A DNA stretch of 64,000 nt from Stegostoma tigrinum (lineage: Eukaryota). The position numbers and the translations under genes are program-made. Shown here piece after piece: positions 1 to 13,450 of this stretch. The notes under the pieces were generated by a model. That model made no database searches and had not been told where the DNA came from. It saw only the letters and a list, made by a program, of their open reading frames with translations. How positions within the stretch are numbered: the stretch's first letter is position 1; the number at the start of each line of letters is the position of its first letter. The stretch covers positions 2,470,689 through 2,534,688 of the forward strand of contig NC_081369.1 of assembly GCF_030684315.1 (NCBI RefSeq), read 5' to 3'.

Positions 1-679
1 TTCTCTTAAACTTCATGCCTCGACTAATAACGGCAGGGATCCGAAATGTTTACCTAACCACGTTTGCCCCCTGTCCTGATACCTGAAGGAACCAATGAAC
101 GTGCAAAACAAGGCCCCCATCCCGGATTTCTATCGTTCGCCGTATATTCGTTTGCTTTCTTTTTTTCCCTGTTCAAGTGCATCGCCTCATGGATTTTTTA
201 CAGATGGAGTTCCATTTCGCATTGATCAGCCCATCTTGGCAGCCCCTCTATATTCACTTATCGTTGTTTTTTCATTCTTAACCTATCAAATCGGCACAGA
301 ATTTTGGTAACACTGAAAGCTTATCATTGTATCTGTTGTATTTCACGTAAAATAGAAGTGATAATAAATCATTCATTCATTCATTCTTGCAACCTGTGGT
401 GAACTCCTCACTATTTACCAACGCACCCATTTTCATTCCATCTGTGAAGTTATCAACCCTCCTACCTTCAAGTCTAATTCATTTCCATAAAGCACAACCA
501 GCAAAGGCCCCAATTCTGACCACTGTGGGACCCCATTGAACATACACATCCGGTCGGAAAACTACCCCTCAAACATTACAGTCACGTTGCATCGCGGGAA
601 GTGGAGCTTGTCTGAAAATGATTATTATTTTCTGAGCATATCACAGCGCAACAAAATTAATATCAATCATTGAGCCTAC

Positions 680-2768
680 CCAATTTAATGGCTGGTGTCC
701 AAAGTGGGATGTGAGAGACTTGACAGGTGTAAACTGTACCGCTCTGAACGGGTTCTGTCTCAGTTCGGTTTCTGGAAGCCTCATACAGCCCTCATACTTA
801 ATTCTGCAGTTTGACATGTTCCGTCCCGGTTGCAATTTCTGATTCATTTTTGTACGAAGTGATGTTCAGGTTATCTGGGAACAACGCAGCGGTTATGCAG
901 AGAAGGGTTGGAGGAACAGTTGCTCCGTTCTACGGCAGCTTGATGACTATTTTGAGTAGAGTCGGAGGGATTGACAAAAAAAGAAAGCTTTTGTTTTTCA
1001 GCCTGCATTTAATTTGAAACATCGATGCAGAATTCCGTCACAAGCGCAAGCAGAACCGGAAAACCGCAAAGATCGTGCACTTAGATAGTAAGTAGTTAAA
1101 ACTGTGTAGTTCAAAAAATCCGCTGGTTCTTTTGGAAGAGGAATCGGAAATGTTCGTCAGCGCCGAATTACAGTCGTTTAAAGGGGAAAAGTTTGAACTA
1201 ATATCGCAGTTTTAACATCAGAGGTGGAATCAAAACAAGTGTTGATTTTAAATTTTCGTCGGCAAAACACCTCTTCTATCTCTGAATTCACAAGTTGATT
1301 ATTTCAGTGACTCAATCTTCTGCCATTTTTCTCCAAGTATTAACTGTGCAAGACATCATATTTCGAATAATTCATGCCAGCTATGAGATGTATGTTCCTT
1401 CAGTGTGATTTCCCTTCTGGGAGCGAGATACTTATATCCCCACCACCAGAGAGATCGCTTTTGAGAGCACAATAAAAACTCCCGACACAAAATACAAGAA
1501 GTGGATGTGATCAACTGAGTGAAACTCGCACTCAACAAATTATAAACTTAATGTAAACTCAGCGGAAGTGCATGCAAGGTTTAAGTAAATACGCTTTCGT
1601 GTTCATTGGGAACCGTAACATTTCTTGAGCGAGGTATCTGTCATAGCCCACATCTAATTTAAAAAAAACAAAAGTCAGACTGGGTTTGTATGCGTTGAAA
1701 CGTGGAAAACGGAGAGGAGATTTTATTGAATTTTAATAGCATCATGGAGGATTTGGCACTGTAGATGCACAAAAGGTTATCTGCCCTATGGGATAGGCTA
1801 AAACTAGTGAGCACAATCTCAGAATAAGAGGTCACTCATTTAAAACGGAAATAAGGTAGAAATTGTTCTGTTGGAGCGTAGTGTGTAGAATTCTTTACCG
1901 CAGTGGGCTACTAAGATTCGATTAGCAGTATATTCTATACTACCATGGACATACTTTTCATTAGTGACTACATCAAGGGTTATAGGGAAAGGCAGGAAAG
2001 TGGAATTGTGGGTTATCCGATCAGCTATATCATTTCTTGGCGCTGTTAACCCAATGGGTCTTCCTCCGCTCCTCCGTCAAATGGTGTTAAGATCATAACA
2101 GAAGATTACACATTCTTTCATTTTAAATTGAACCCGCATTTTAACATTTTTTCAGCTGAACACTTAAAACCAATAGCACAGCTAACACGGCATTTCTCCC
2201 TCTCCCTGATACTTATCGTACACGACCAGGTTGGTGCAAGATTCGTTTCCAACCGCGTAGTGTGTCACTCTGCAGTAATAAAGCCCGGCATCTTCCACTC
2301 CTACTTCCGCCAGTTGTCGGGCAACTCCTCCTTGCTTGAGGGAATAAAGCTGGATCCTGCGATCCAAACTTTCCTCCAAGAACCCATCTCTCCACCACTG
2401 CACTTTCACCGGCTTTTTTTCCCTATAAAGATCGGGTAAATGCAATAAAGAGTAAGGGAGGCGCCTGTCCTGACTGCAGACTCTGGGGTGAATTGGGAAT
2501 TGTGAGACCCTGTCGCAAAAAAAGGCAAAATTCAAGGCCTGACTATCCAATTAAACAGCCCATAACAAACCTAGAACATGTTAGGAAAAGACGCACATAT
2601 TGAAAAAAATATACCCAACCGGAAAGGCAGAATAAAAAAAAACTTTGATATATATTTATCATTAACAAAATGAAAGAGCAGTAGTCCTTTGGGAAGAGGA
2701 CCTTGAACAGATTTACCTGTGTAACTGACCGCTAACATGGCTGTGCAGTGACGTAAGACTCTGAACAT
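680..2768 (-). pseudogene. IgSF V-C1 receptor pseudogene A: leader 2768-2717, V 2509-2217, C1 ~970-680
   Basis: Leader MFRVLRHCTAMLAVSYT G|gtaaat. V GASLTLYCIYP / frameshift in A-run / VQWWRDG..EDAGLYYCRV..GNESCTNLVVY, donor mutated to G|ataagt. C1 PPTLLKIV..*..LLCITAALFPDNLNITSYKNE..GLYEAS..VYTCQVSH with a stop, a frameshift and a lost acceptor. Confidence 0.85.
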
Positions 2769-2834
2769 CTTCAGCAGCTAAAGGAAGTGACTCTTTGCCT
2801 CTTTTTTTCTCTTTCTACCCATATCATTGATACC

Positions 2835-4770
2835 TATGTGTACCCCAACAACGGGATATTTTCCTTTCCACCCTGGCAGTGTGGCCCATGTTGGAAAGTC
2901 GCAAAATGGCCCACAGAGGGAAACAAAATAAAACAGCCTGCTCCATTATTAACGCACATAAAGGTACCCTTGAACAGCGCTACTCCAAGGTGAATAGGAG
3001 GCCCTACAAGCAGCCATCCGAGACAGTTTAATAAGAGGATGCCTAAGGACAGACAAGTGATTGATTCCAGCCTCATGAGTGAAAGGATGCTGTCCCATTA
3101 AGTGAACAGTGCCAGTTCGAGCAGGGAGTGTAAATCTCAGCCCATGAATCAGCCAAACTAACTCTATCAGCAGCTGTGAAAACAACAACTTTAGTGGTAG
3201 TATTTGGTTGTTTCTTTCAATTTATTCACAATATTGAGAAATAAATTCTTGATCACAGAATTATTGAATCCCTGCAGCGAGGAAACAGGCCCTTTGGCCC
3301 AACAAGTCCACATCGACCCTCAGAGCATCCCACCCTGATACATTCCCCTGAAAACCACTGAAACTGTTCGTCCTTGAACACCTTGGGCAATTCAGCATGG
3401 CCAATCAGCCAAACCTACACATCTTGGGACTGTGGGAGGAGACTGGAGCACCTGGTGGAAATTGGTGCAGAACACAGGGAGATTGCGCAAACTCCACACA
3501 GACAGTCGCCCGAGGACGGAATGGAACCCGGGTTCCTGGTGCTCTGAGGCAGCAACGCTAACCACCGAGCCACCATGCCACCCTGCGAGTTAAAGATTAT
3601 TCAGAAAATCATGGAGATATATTTCGAGATAATTATAGATACACATGTAACTAAAGTATGTTAGAAGCATTAGGGGGAAAATATTTACACAAAGATGGAA
3701 ATTTTGTTAGTCTCAGAAAACGTTTTCACTTATCTCTAAAGAGATGCCTAGTATACCCTGAAAGAAAAAGATTGGTGACAACGTATTAGTTACAAAGTGC
3801 TGACGATAGAAGGAACTGTATATCTTTACACTTCATATCTAACTTTATAACAGAAATGAATGCCAGAAATCTTAAAGCAGGCGGTTAAAACCAATGATAA
3901 TGGGAACTGCAGATGCTGGAGATTCCAAGATAATAAAATGTGAGGCTGGATGAACACAGCAGGCCTCTCTGATGAAGGGTCTGGGCCCGAAACGTCAGCT
4001 TTTGTGCTCCTGAGATGCTGCTTGGCCTGCTGTGTTCATCCAGCCTCACATTTTATTATCTAGGTTAAAACCAATTGTGTTTTATATCTTTATATATGAT
4101 AGGGTCAGTGGAAAATATGAGGAACAACTGAATTTGATGGACACAGCACATACAATACAATGAAAAACAGAATTCAAGCTGTGCCTAGAGATAAGTAAGT
4201 CTGGGACAGACCAGAACGAGTGTAACCAGTAATGTTACATCCTACATGATAGGATGCATAGAAAGATCCCAAGGCCTCGCGATTAAAGTGTCTGTCAAAC
4301 ACCATGAGACCATGGGAACCTGGGGTTGCCCTTGGGAATGCCCATCATTCATTAGATGTTTCACACGACTGGATGTACAGAATAAAGGGAAAGGACATAT
4401 GACTGCACTGTGTGTGATTATTGTAACATGAAACGTATAAAAATGCCGCAATTCACTGCAAAAATCACAGTGTATCATTGATTTCCCTTCTGATCTGAGC
4501 TGTTGATTAAGAGAGCAAATGCGTGCTTACGTCAGGGCAAGATTCGGGGAAGGTCTTTGGCCCACTCCCTGCAATAATTCGTTGTTGCTTGACTCACAGT
4601 CTGCCACTACCTGAATTCTGCCTGCCTGTTGAGTCATAGTCCCCAGTCGGGGGTAACGCTCTAACACACCCCAAGTTCGTTTGCCACGCAGATGTGATAT
4701 TCTGAGCCTGGGCTTCAAACAGGCAACACAGCCTTCAGAACACTGGATCCTGGCTGCAGAGAGCAGTGTT
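2835..4770 (+). repeat. Low-copy non-coding block, also at ~29860-30790 + 33540-33830 (+) and ~52400-54320 (-)
   Basis: Collinear anchors, e.g. ggtaccct/ttgaaca, ccatccgagacagtt, tgaaaggatgctg, catgggaa(c/a)ctgggg. Confidence 0.75.
3896..4062. mobile_element. Mini Penelope fold-back
   Basis: Inverted PLE termini; perfect 13-bp TSD ggttaaaaccaat (3883-3895, 4063-4075). Confidence 0.88.
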
Positions 4771-7068
4771 TATTCCTCTGTATGATTCCCAATTACAACT
4801 ACACTTCTCGTAACTCGCCACTCTCGGATTGTCGTGTGTACCATGGCGCTGCAGTTAGTTTGGTCATCATCCATACAATGCCTGCTCTCATCTACACTGG
4901 GACCAAGAATTTCAAACCTGTTAGACAAGCTCAAGGGCTGACATTCCTTCAGGCTGATCTCCTGGATCCCTCTGCCTACCTCGCTCAGAGTCACAAAAAA
5001 CAGAAATTGCTGGAAAGAAGCTGCGCAGGTCTGGCAGCATCTGAGAGAAAACAGAGTTAATATTTTGAGTCCAGTGACCCTGCTTCAGAACTTCCCTACT
5101 GACCCTATGCTTACATTTTCATGAATAGTTGCTTGAGTTTTGTGGGGATGCTTCTGTTTCATTTTAGTGAGGTGATCTTGACATAATTCTTCAGTCTGAA
5201 AATCGGATTTCCCCTTTCATCTATTCAGCTGGGCTGTGTCATAAATGCACGCAGATCTTGAGACTTTGAACAAAAGGTATTTCAATGTTCAATGCTGAAT
5301 GGAACATGGCAGATATCCTGTTTGGATGCATGACATATTGCTGCAAGAAATCCAATCACACATGCAGCAGTGTGATGGAAAACGTGAAAGGCTGGGTGAA
5401 GAATAGAGGTACAGTTGGCACAGAGACAAAGCACTGCCTTCAGTAATTCAGTTACCAGTGACCCAAATGAATGTCCAAACTCAAATAGGACTTTATCAAT
5501 GCATTAAGTACCAGATAATAGGTGAAACAAACAGATTGAAAGGATGAACAAATGTTGAGCAGACACATAAATGAATACTTTCAGTTGGTTTGGAATCAAA
5601 AATGAGTATAGTGAGTATGAACAGGTGCGATAGCTGTCAGAAAACATAGCTAACACATTGATCTATGCACAACCACACGAAGTGAAACATTTACATGGCA
5701 ATCATTCCACCTGAGCAAGGTAAACTCATACTAAAATACCACACATAAACAAGTAACCCAAAAGTAATATCAACACACATTGGCTTTCATATACAGACAG
5801 GCAACACAAGGTACATGCATAAGATATACACCCCATAACATTGAGACAAAGCACATGTAGCACATCTTCAAAAGGTATATGTTATGATGAGAAATCTTAC
5901 TTGTTTATATCAGACACATATAGACACGCAAAAGTGAGTCATTCACGGGGAACCTTTGCTCAGCAAAACAGTTAGAGTTTACCAGGGTAAGTTTTTAAAC
6001 AGGTAGATTTTACACAAGCAACACTCCCACTAAGTCAACAACAGTCGTATCACCCAATCGCCAATAAATGATATACACGATAACGTATAGTGTGATTCAT
6101 TCAAAAAACATGATGACAAAGTCACACTTATGAGTAGCAGTCCTCAGCAGTATTGAGTAGCACCATTACCTGCAGCACGAGTGTAATCCCCGCAGAAACT
6201 CTGAGCTATGACCAACAACATCGAGTTTCCACTAAAAGAACACGCAAACACGGTCAGCAACAGCACTGAACACTCGTTGAGATCACCGCCACAAAGTTAA
6301 ACCTTATGAAGTCACAGCAACAGAATTGCTAAGTCAGCAGGAAACAAAATCTCCTCGGAAGAATCAACATAACCAATGGATGACAGAAACGATCAATAGC
6401 AAATTTTCCATCAGGAGCACTTGTCTCACCCAGACACAAGAATATACATCAGTAACTGCACCTTGCTAGCAGCAGTACTCTAACCCAGTAAATCACAGGA
6501 AGCAGGTCGGCGGCAGAAAAAGAACACAACCTATCATGAACTGCACAATCATTGCACGATCACCAGCAGCACTATACATTGTGAACGTGTGTTGGGCAGT
6601 TAGAAAAATCGTTTCCCAGAAGGTTATTGTGTGGACACACATATTTGATCAAAGTTTTGTTTAATTTGGGATGATTTTCCATTCCATAATTTCTATGAAT
6701 TTGGTTCGAATCAAGCGGGCCTATAAACTACAGAGCGCCATGTCAGCTGAAGGGCAGTCACAGTTCTGGGACTCAACACCAAATCAACATTGGTTTTATT
6801 TATAAAAAAGTCACAATGCTATCGAGACGCACAGTTGAGTCTCCACAGCACGCGCCCATCCAAAATCCCGGAGGTGCAGAGAAAACAGTGAATTGAGGGC
6901 TGACTGTTTCATCACACTGCCATGGATATGTGAGCACAAGCTGCTCAACTTGACAATTCGTTAAGAGCTGCAGCAAATCGGAAATGTTCGGTGGATGCAA
7001 AAATATATGTTGTGTTAAAGATCGATGAGAAAGGAAAAGTTTCAAGTTCCACAATGCGCGGTCAACTC

Positions 7069-7076
7069 TGACGTCA
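7069..7076. promoter_or_regulatory. Perfect CRE palindrome TGACGTCA ~170 bp upstream of the gene B ATG
   Basis: Motif match and position only. Confidence 0.35.
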
Positions 7077-7241
7077 AACAGAAACTAGAGGCCTGATGTT
7101 GGAGATACAGTTACATTTGCTAAGATTTATTGCGACACCCTCAATACCATATTATCTTCAAGTACTTCCATCCGTACTGCACTTTTAGGACTTATTGCAG
7201 TGATTTGCAGAGAGAGTTTGAATTTAACAACTTTGGTCAAA

Positions 7242-7730
7242 ATGCCTGTACTTGAAAGAGCATGGTACCTGTCAGCCTTGGGCATTATTTACACAGGTAT
7301 AAAAAACCAAAAGCTGTCGGATAAAAACAAAGTGAGTAAAAACTGTATGTAGATTTCTGCTTCAAACCCACGCTTATATATGTGTGTGTTTATTTTATTG
7401 TTTCTGACAGCTACCAATGAAACCCCGTTCTCTGTGACTCAGTTCCCCGCAAGCCAAACTGCATTGGAAGGAACAAATGTGTCCATCTATTGTTCCGTTC
7501 CGCTATTCGATCAGAACCCATTGGTGGACGTTTAGTGGCGGAGTGGCGACCAGGACAAAACTTTGAACCTGACGGCAGACCGAAGGAAACTCATGTTCCC
7601 ATTCAAGCATGGATCTAACAAGTTCCAACTGCTGAATCTACATTTCCAGGACTCTGGAATCTATTATTGCAGCATTAGGGTCGGGGCAGGAAGATTTTCA
7701 ATGGAACTGGGTCGAGTCTTATCGTTCACG
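7242..7730 (+). pseudogene. IgSF V-domain receptor pseudogene B: leader 7242-7296, V exon 7411-7730
   Basis: Leader MPVLERAWYLSALGIIYT G|gtat. V ..SVTQFP..EGTNVSIYCS..DV*W (TAG 7533-7535)..LLNLHFQDSGIYYC, then a frameshift before FNGTGSSLIVH G|gtaagt; the 320-nt exon is not a multiple of 3. Confidence 0.88.
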
Positions 7731-9664
7731 GTAAGTGCCACTGAGCTATAAATGGGCCTGTGTAAAATTCAACAGCCATGAAAGAATAAAATAACAGACA
7801 CTTGTGTCCGTTATTGAGATCTTTTACGCTGCCCCGCTATGTGTAGTGAATCAGTTAGTGTGTTTCAAAAAAGCTGACTTCTGTTCATCAATGTTCTCCA
7901 ATCTAGCAAAACCTATTTAAATATCATTTATTGTCTAAAGAATTTAAAATAATATGGGCATCCTTGAGCCACGACCAATGCTTATTGCTGTTACATATAT
8001 GTCGCAATTTCCACAATGATGCGTTTCAGTGAGGTTATCGTTAATCGCTTCAATTGAGATTATTAAAATAGTTGTGCGGTGCTCTCGCCTAAAAAATTGG
8101 AACAATCTGATTATGTCAGGAGGAAGAAAAGGTGGAAGCCCATGGATCTGAGATATATAGTTTAAGAAGTTTTATCAAGTAACAGGGCATTTTGTAGATG
8201 ACCCTTACTGCAAGCAGAGTGTCCCTACAGTTCTAGCATTTACTGTCAAGTGTGTAACGTCATCGGGGAGTTTATTCTGACTGTTGTGCAATATTGTTGC
8301 AGTAACGTGTATACATAATTTAGCGGGTATTGCATCGTAACATTTGCTTGTAGCGGGCAATGTGTAAACTCCTGAGTCGTTTGTTGCAGAATCCATGAAG
8401 TTTTGCCAGAAATTTCCGATTAACTGATTCACAAATTCAAACACAAGGAAAGGCAGAAAATACTAGAAAGACTCAACCGGTGTGGCAGCATCTGTGCCGA
8501 GGAATCAGAGTTAATCTTTCGGGGCCAGTGACCCTTTTTCAGAATTTTAAATTCTGTTTTCAGTTGTTTTTATTTCCAGCATCAGCTGTTCTTTCATGTG
8601 TTTTTTTTTCAAATGAATGAAAAATGTTGATGTCCAGCTGATGCTGCTTGGCCGGCTGTGTTCATCCAGCTCAACACCTTCTTGCCTTTGACTGAACTCA
8701 TGTTCATTTAGTTTAAAAGATCCATCGCAAAGAAAGTATTCAGGTCTCAATGAAATCTTAGTTGGATCCATTTCAATCGTTATTCTCATGAAAAGAACTC
8801 CACTGTATTTCTCCTTAGGACAGAGTCTTTTTCTGATTGTCTATGGAATCAGTCAGGATGCAGTGATGGAATCAAGTAGGATCCAGTGTGCACGACGAAG
8901 GGAAAGTTCTGAAGGGGGATTTCCCGACGTGAAACGTTAACTCTGCTTTCTGTCCACAGATGTTGCCAGCTCCGCTGTGTTTCTCCAGCAATTTCTGCTT
9001 CTACCATAGCATGTCAGGAACAGTGTCACAAAATTGGAAAAGGGGATAGATACATTGTACTGAGTGAAAATAAAACAACTTTACACCAAAAAAGTTATAA
9101 ATTGCGATTTCGACCATAATTTATGTCTAGAATTGCTGACAGCGGATTACGTCTATGTTGATAGAGCCTACGCAGAATATCCCATTGGATTCATGGCCTT
9201 TTCCACTTGGAGGATAGGAGGCAGAGAGGTGGCCGTACAGAGGTATATAAAATCATGAAAGACATAGATAAAGTAGATAGTGGACTGCAGTTCCCCATGT
9301 TTTAACTCCATCCGGTTAATCTCTATGACTGAGATTCTATGGCCACTTGCCACTAGGATAAATAAAGCAGGTGTTTGTTTCCACTCAAGTTATTCTTTAC
9401 TCAGTCCTACCCTTTCCCTGTGGGATTTACCTATGTGTAATGTGTTTAGTGTTACCTTAAGTTACTGTTTTTGTGTCTCTAACTGGCTTTATTTTGTTCT
9501 CTATTGAAAACTAGCAATTGATTTGGAAGATTTCTATTTTTACCGTGACAATTGCTTTACTAAAACAGTTTACAAAACATGGCTATGGGGTGAATAGATT
9601 CTGTGCACTCCTGGACTTTTGTTTGCAATAGACTCCTTGCAAACTATCAAGTTTAGTGATAGAG

Positions 9665-10440
9665 TCAACAAGCCATAGAGCTGTACAGCACGAAACAGAC
9701 CCTTCAGTCCAACTCAACCAGGCCGACCAGATATCCTAAAGTAATCTAGTCCCATTTGCCAGCATTTGTCTCATATCCCTTCAAACCCTTCCTATTTGGG
9801 TGGCATGGTGGCTCAGTGGTTAGCACTGCAACCTGACAGCACCAAAGTCCCAGGTTCAATTCCCCTTTGGGCAACTGTCTCTGTGGAGTTTGCACATTCT
9901 CCCTGTGTCTGTGTGGGCTTGCTCTGGTTTCCTCCCATAGTCCAAAGATGTGCAGGCTAGGTGGATTGACCATGCTAAATTGCCCATAGTGCTTAGAGGG
10001 ATGGGTCTAGGTGGGATGCTCCAAAGGGCAGTGTGGGCTTGTTGGGCCAAAGGGCCTGTTCCCCCACTGTAGGGAATCTAATGTACCAAGCAAACATCTT
10101 TTAAAATGTCATAATTTTTCCAGCCTCCACAGTTGCCTGTGACAACTCATTCCATACATGAGCCACTCACTGTTTCAAAAAGTTACTCCTCAGGTCCATT
10201 TTAAACCTTTCCTCTCTCACCTTAAACCTATGCCGTCTAGTTTTGAACTCCTCTAACCTGAGACAAAGATATTGGCTATTCACTCTATCTATGCCCCCAA
10301 TGATATTATGAACCTATATAAGGTCATCCCTCAGCCTTTGCTGATCTAAGAAAAATAGCCCCAGATTGTTCGTTCTTTCCATATTGCTCAAACCCTTCAC
10401 CCCTGGCAACATCCTTGAAAATTGAACACAGGATTCCAAA
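9665..10440 (-). mobile_element. CR1 3' fragment with a nested SINE; further CR1 fragments at ~1760-2095(+), 4740-4995(-), 20180-20570(-), 23200-24150(-), 26860-27330(-), 41866-42415(-), 48604-48930(-), 49190-49665(+), 55090-55495(+)
   Basis: Similarity to the longer CR1 copies in this window; boundaries approximate. Confidence 0.7.
9797..10082 (+). mobile_element. tRNA-derived V-SINE (HE1-like); other copies 3268-3585(-), 10760-11200(+), 14415-14975(+), 27790-28233(-)
   Basis: A box tggctcagtgg, B box ggttcaattcc, V-domain core gtggagtttgcacattctccc..ggtttcctccca, CR1-like tail. Confidence 0.85.
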
Positions 10441-11038
10441 AGTGGCCTATGGGATATCGAATCTTTGTTACAGAGTATTGCAAGTTGTCTTGTTGAAGAT
10501 TAAGGGAAATGTAACATTGCTGAGAGTGATCCTTTGAGTTGTGAAATCCTGAGAAGTTCTTAGAAAAAGATGGATGTAATGTGAATTTTTCATATGCAGA
10601 GAGTGATAGATATAGTGAATTAGACTACTTTGAAGTATCGAGCTTGTGTTAGTCCGAAAACAGAAGTGTTGGGACAACCAAAAAATTCCACTTCCCATGA
10701 GTTCTGAGAAATTCAAATGTGTGTTAGCTCCAGGAAGAAGTTATTGTTCTTTTTTTGGCAGGGTTGCGCACGGTGGCTCAGTGGTTCGCACTGCAAGCTC
10801 ACAGCACCAAGGACGCAGATTCAATTCCAGCATCAGGCAACTGTCTGTGTGGAGTTTGAACATTCTCCCCATGTCTGTGCAGGTTTGCTCCAGTTTCCTC
10901 CCACAGTCCAAAGACGTGCAGGTTAGATGGATTGGCCATGCTAAATTGCCCATAGTTGTTCAGGGGTGTGTGGGTTATAGGGGGAGGGGGCTGGGTGGGA
11001 TGCTCCAAGGGTCAGTGTGGATTTGTTGGGCTGAAGGG

Positions 11039-11160
11039 AGATAATGGGAACTGCAGAGGCTGGAGAATCCGAGATAACAAAGTGTGAAGCTGGATGAACA
11101 CAGCAGGCCAAGCAACATCTTAGGAGCACAAAAGCTGACGTTTTGGGCCTAGACCCTTCA
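11039..11160 (-). mobile_element. Penelope 3' terminus inserted in a SINE
   Basis: Single arm; perfect 16-bp TSD ttgttgggctgaaggg (11023-11038, 11161-11176). Confidence 0.85.
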
Positions 11161-12149
11161 TTGTTGGGCTGAAGGGCCTGTTTCCACACTGTAGGAATTC
11201 AATGTGAAAGCACAGTTCCAGTCCAAAATTTGTCATTGCACATGTTGTAAGCCTACCAAGATGTTAGATTCAGACAATCTGCATTGTATTATATGTATGC
11301 AATGTTGGGATATACAGTGGAATTTTGTTTTGGGTACAACTCAAAAACTAATTTCTTTCGTATCAATTTATAAAGGAGTATTTTGTAATTAATTGGATTA
11401 TGCATTTTACTCTGTGCTTAAATATTTTAAGTTTGTATTGGAAATTGATCGTTTTGATCATTCTATTTGATCTTTGATCTTATTACTTGCTGTATTGATA
11501 AAGCAAAATTTGTACTAAAGTATGCTTTTGTTTCTGTGAAATGACACTTTGTTAAAACCAAACAGATAAAATTTATGAAATATCAAGTCAGATTCGTAAC
11601 TGAGATCTGATTTATGTGGTTAAAAAAAGACATCAGCTTAGAACAATTACGATGAATACAGCAACGTGCTAATCTCTGTTTACACATCGTGTGTCCTTAA
11701 TCTACACCAGTCCATGATAATCTTATCTCACAGTGAGGTATTGATGACTATATTTATTGTCATGTCTACTTCCATTCTCAATAATATCAAATAGTTCAGT
11801 ATTTTGGACTCTTGTGCTCTTAACTTGCTGATGGAAGTATCCTGACAATTCAGTCAATTATCTTCGCAGATATAATTTTAGCAATTCAGTTTCTGATAAT
11901 GCATTGTTTAAATTTTAGAGCATCAGTTTTCCTCATTGCAGGAAGCATAATAGGACATTTGAAAAAGCACATTTTTGACACAATCACACAATTTTTGAAA
12001 GTAAATACCTGAGCAGAAAGGCAGTATTTTACCCTTTATTAAACACGATGAATAACTCATACAAGTACGAAGGATTTTGATGAGATCTCAGTTACAATAC
12101 TACACATGGTTATGATATCACTGTCTAATGTAGGATATATATTTGCTAT

Positions 12150-13450
12150 AGAAGATGCAATAACATGATGTCTGTGATGAGAAGACCAGGGAATAGTAAC
12201 AACCAGTCAAAAATGGACAAAGATCTGGAAAATGACTATAGCCTTGGTTCAAACATTGACAAGACGACTCCATTCCAGAGATGAAATGAAAGTGACAGTC
12301 CTTGACGCAAAGACCACATTCGACTGAGTGTGGCATTAATGTGCCTGAGCAATATCAGAATCAATGGGTATCATGGGGCAAACTCTCTGGTTGTTGGCGT
12401 CATACAGGTCACATAGGAAGATAGCTGTGGTTGCTGGAGATCAGTTGTCTCAGCTCCAAGACATCTCATCAGGAGTTCCTCAGGGTAGTATCCTGTGCCC
12501 AACCATCTTTAGCTGCTTCACCACTAGTCTTCCCTCCATCATAAGGCCAGTTGTGGCCAGAGTTGCCATTGATTGCAAAGTGCTCAGCACCATTCACAAC
12601 TCCTCAAAATTGAAGCAGTCCATGGTCAAATGTAACAATGTCTGGAGAATATCCAGGCATGGGCTGTCAAGTGATTAGTAATGTTCACAATGCCAAGCAT
12701 TGACCATCTCCAATAAGTGAAAATCTAACCAAAGTCCCTTCACATTCAATGGCATTGTCATCAGTGAATCTTCCTCCCACCCTGACTACCAACATCATTG
12801 GGCTCAACATTGATCTGAAACTCAGCTGGACTTGTCACATAAACACAATTTCTACAAAAGCAGGTCAGAGGCTTGAAATACACTGGCAAGTAACTCACCA
12901 CTTGACTCCCCAAAGTCTATCCACTATGCACCAGGCACAAGTCAGGAGTTTGATGGAATACTCCCCAGTTGCCCGGGAGGGTGTAGCTCCAGGAACATTC
13001 AAGAAGCTCTACACCATCCTAGGCAAAACAGCCACTTGATTGGCACTACATCCACAGATGTCTATTCTCTCAACCACCAGCACAAAGTAGCAGCAGTGTG
13101 TACTATTGACAACATGCAATGCAGAAATTCACCAAAGATCCTCAGACAGCAGCTGCCAAACCTATGACCACTTCCATCTTAAAGGACTAGGGCAGCAGAT
13201 ATATGTGAACACCACCACCTGCAAGTTCCCCTCCAAGCCAAGCATCATCCTGACTGGGAAACATATCACCATTCCTTCACTGTCATTGGATCAAAACCCT
13301 GGATTTCCCTCATGAAAGGCATTTTGAGTCAGCACAGAGGCTTAATTGGTTCAAGAATGCAGCTCACCAATACCTGCTGAAGAGCAACTACAGAACAGCA
13401 ATAAGTGCTGGCCAGTCAGCAGTGCCCACGTGCTTTGGTGAATAAAGAAA
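12150..13450 (+). mobile_element. Non-LTR LINE RT 3' portion (second family; clade not determined)
   Basis: SGVPQGSILCPTIFSCF, KAGQRL, QVRSLMEYSP; A-rich end. Confidence 0.8.

Noticed and set aside
54-332. Possible TM and cytoplasmic exon remnants of pseudogene A (~332-262 and 82-54, minus strand)
   Set aside because: Splice-like signals and a 10-nt match to the intact TM exon exist, but there is no hydrophobic core; too weak to call.
3896-4062. Short palindromic elements as DNA-transposon MITEs or miRNA hairpins
   Set aside because: The arms match the 3' end of RT/GIY-YIG-coding Penelope copies in this window, and arm lengths vary freely.
9797-9870. tRNA gene
   Set aside because: The A/B boxes belong to the tRNA-derived head of a SINE and continue into the V-SINE core.
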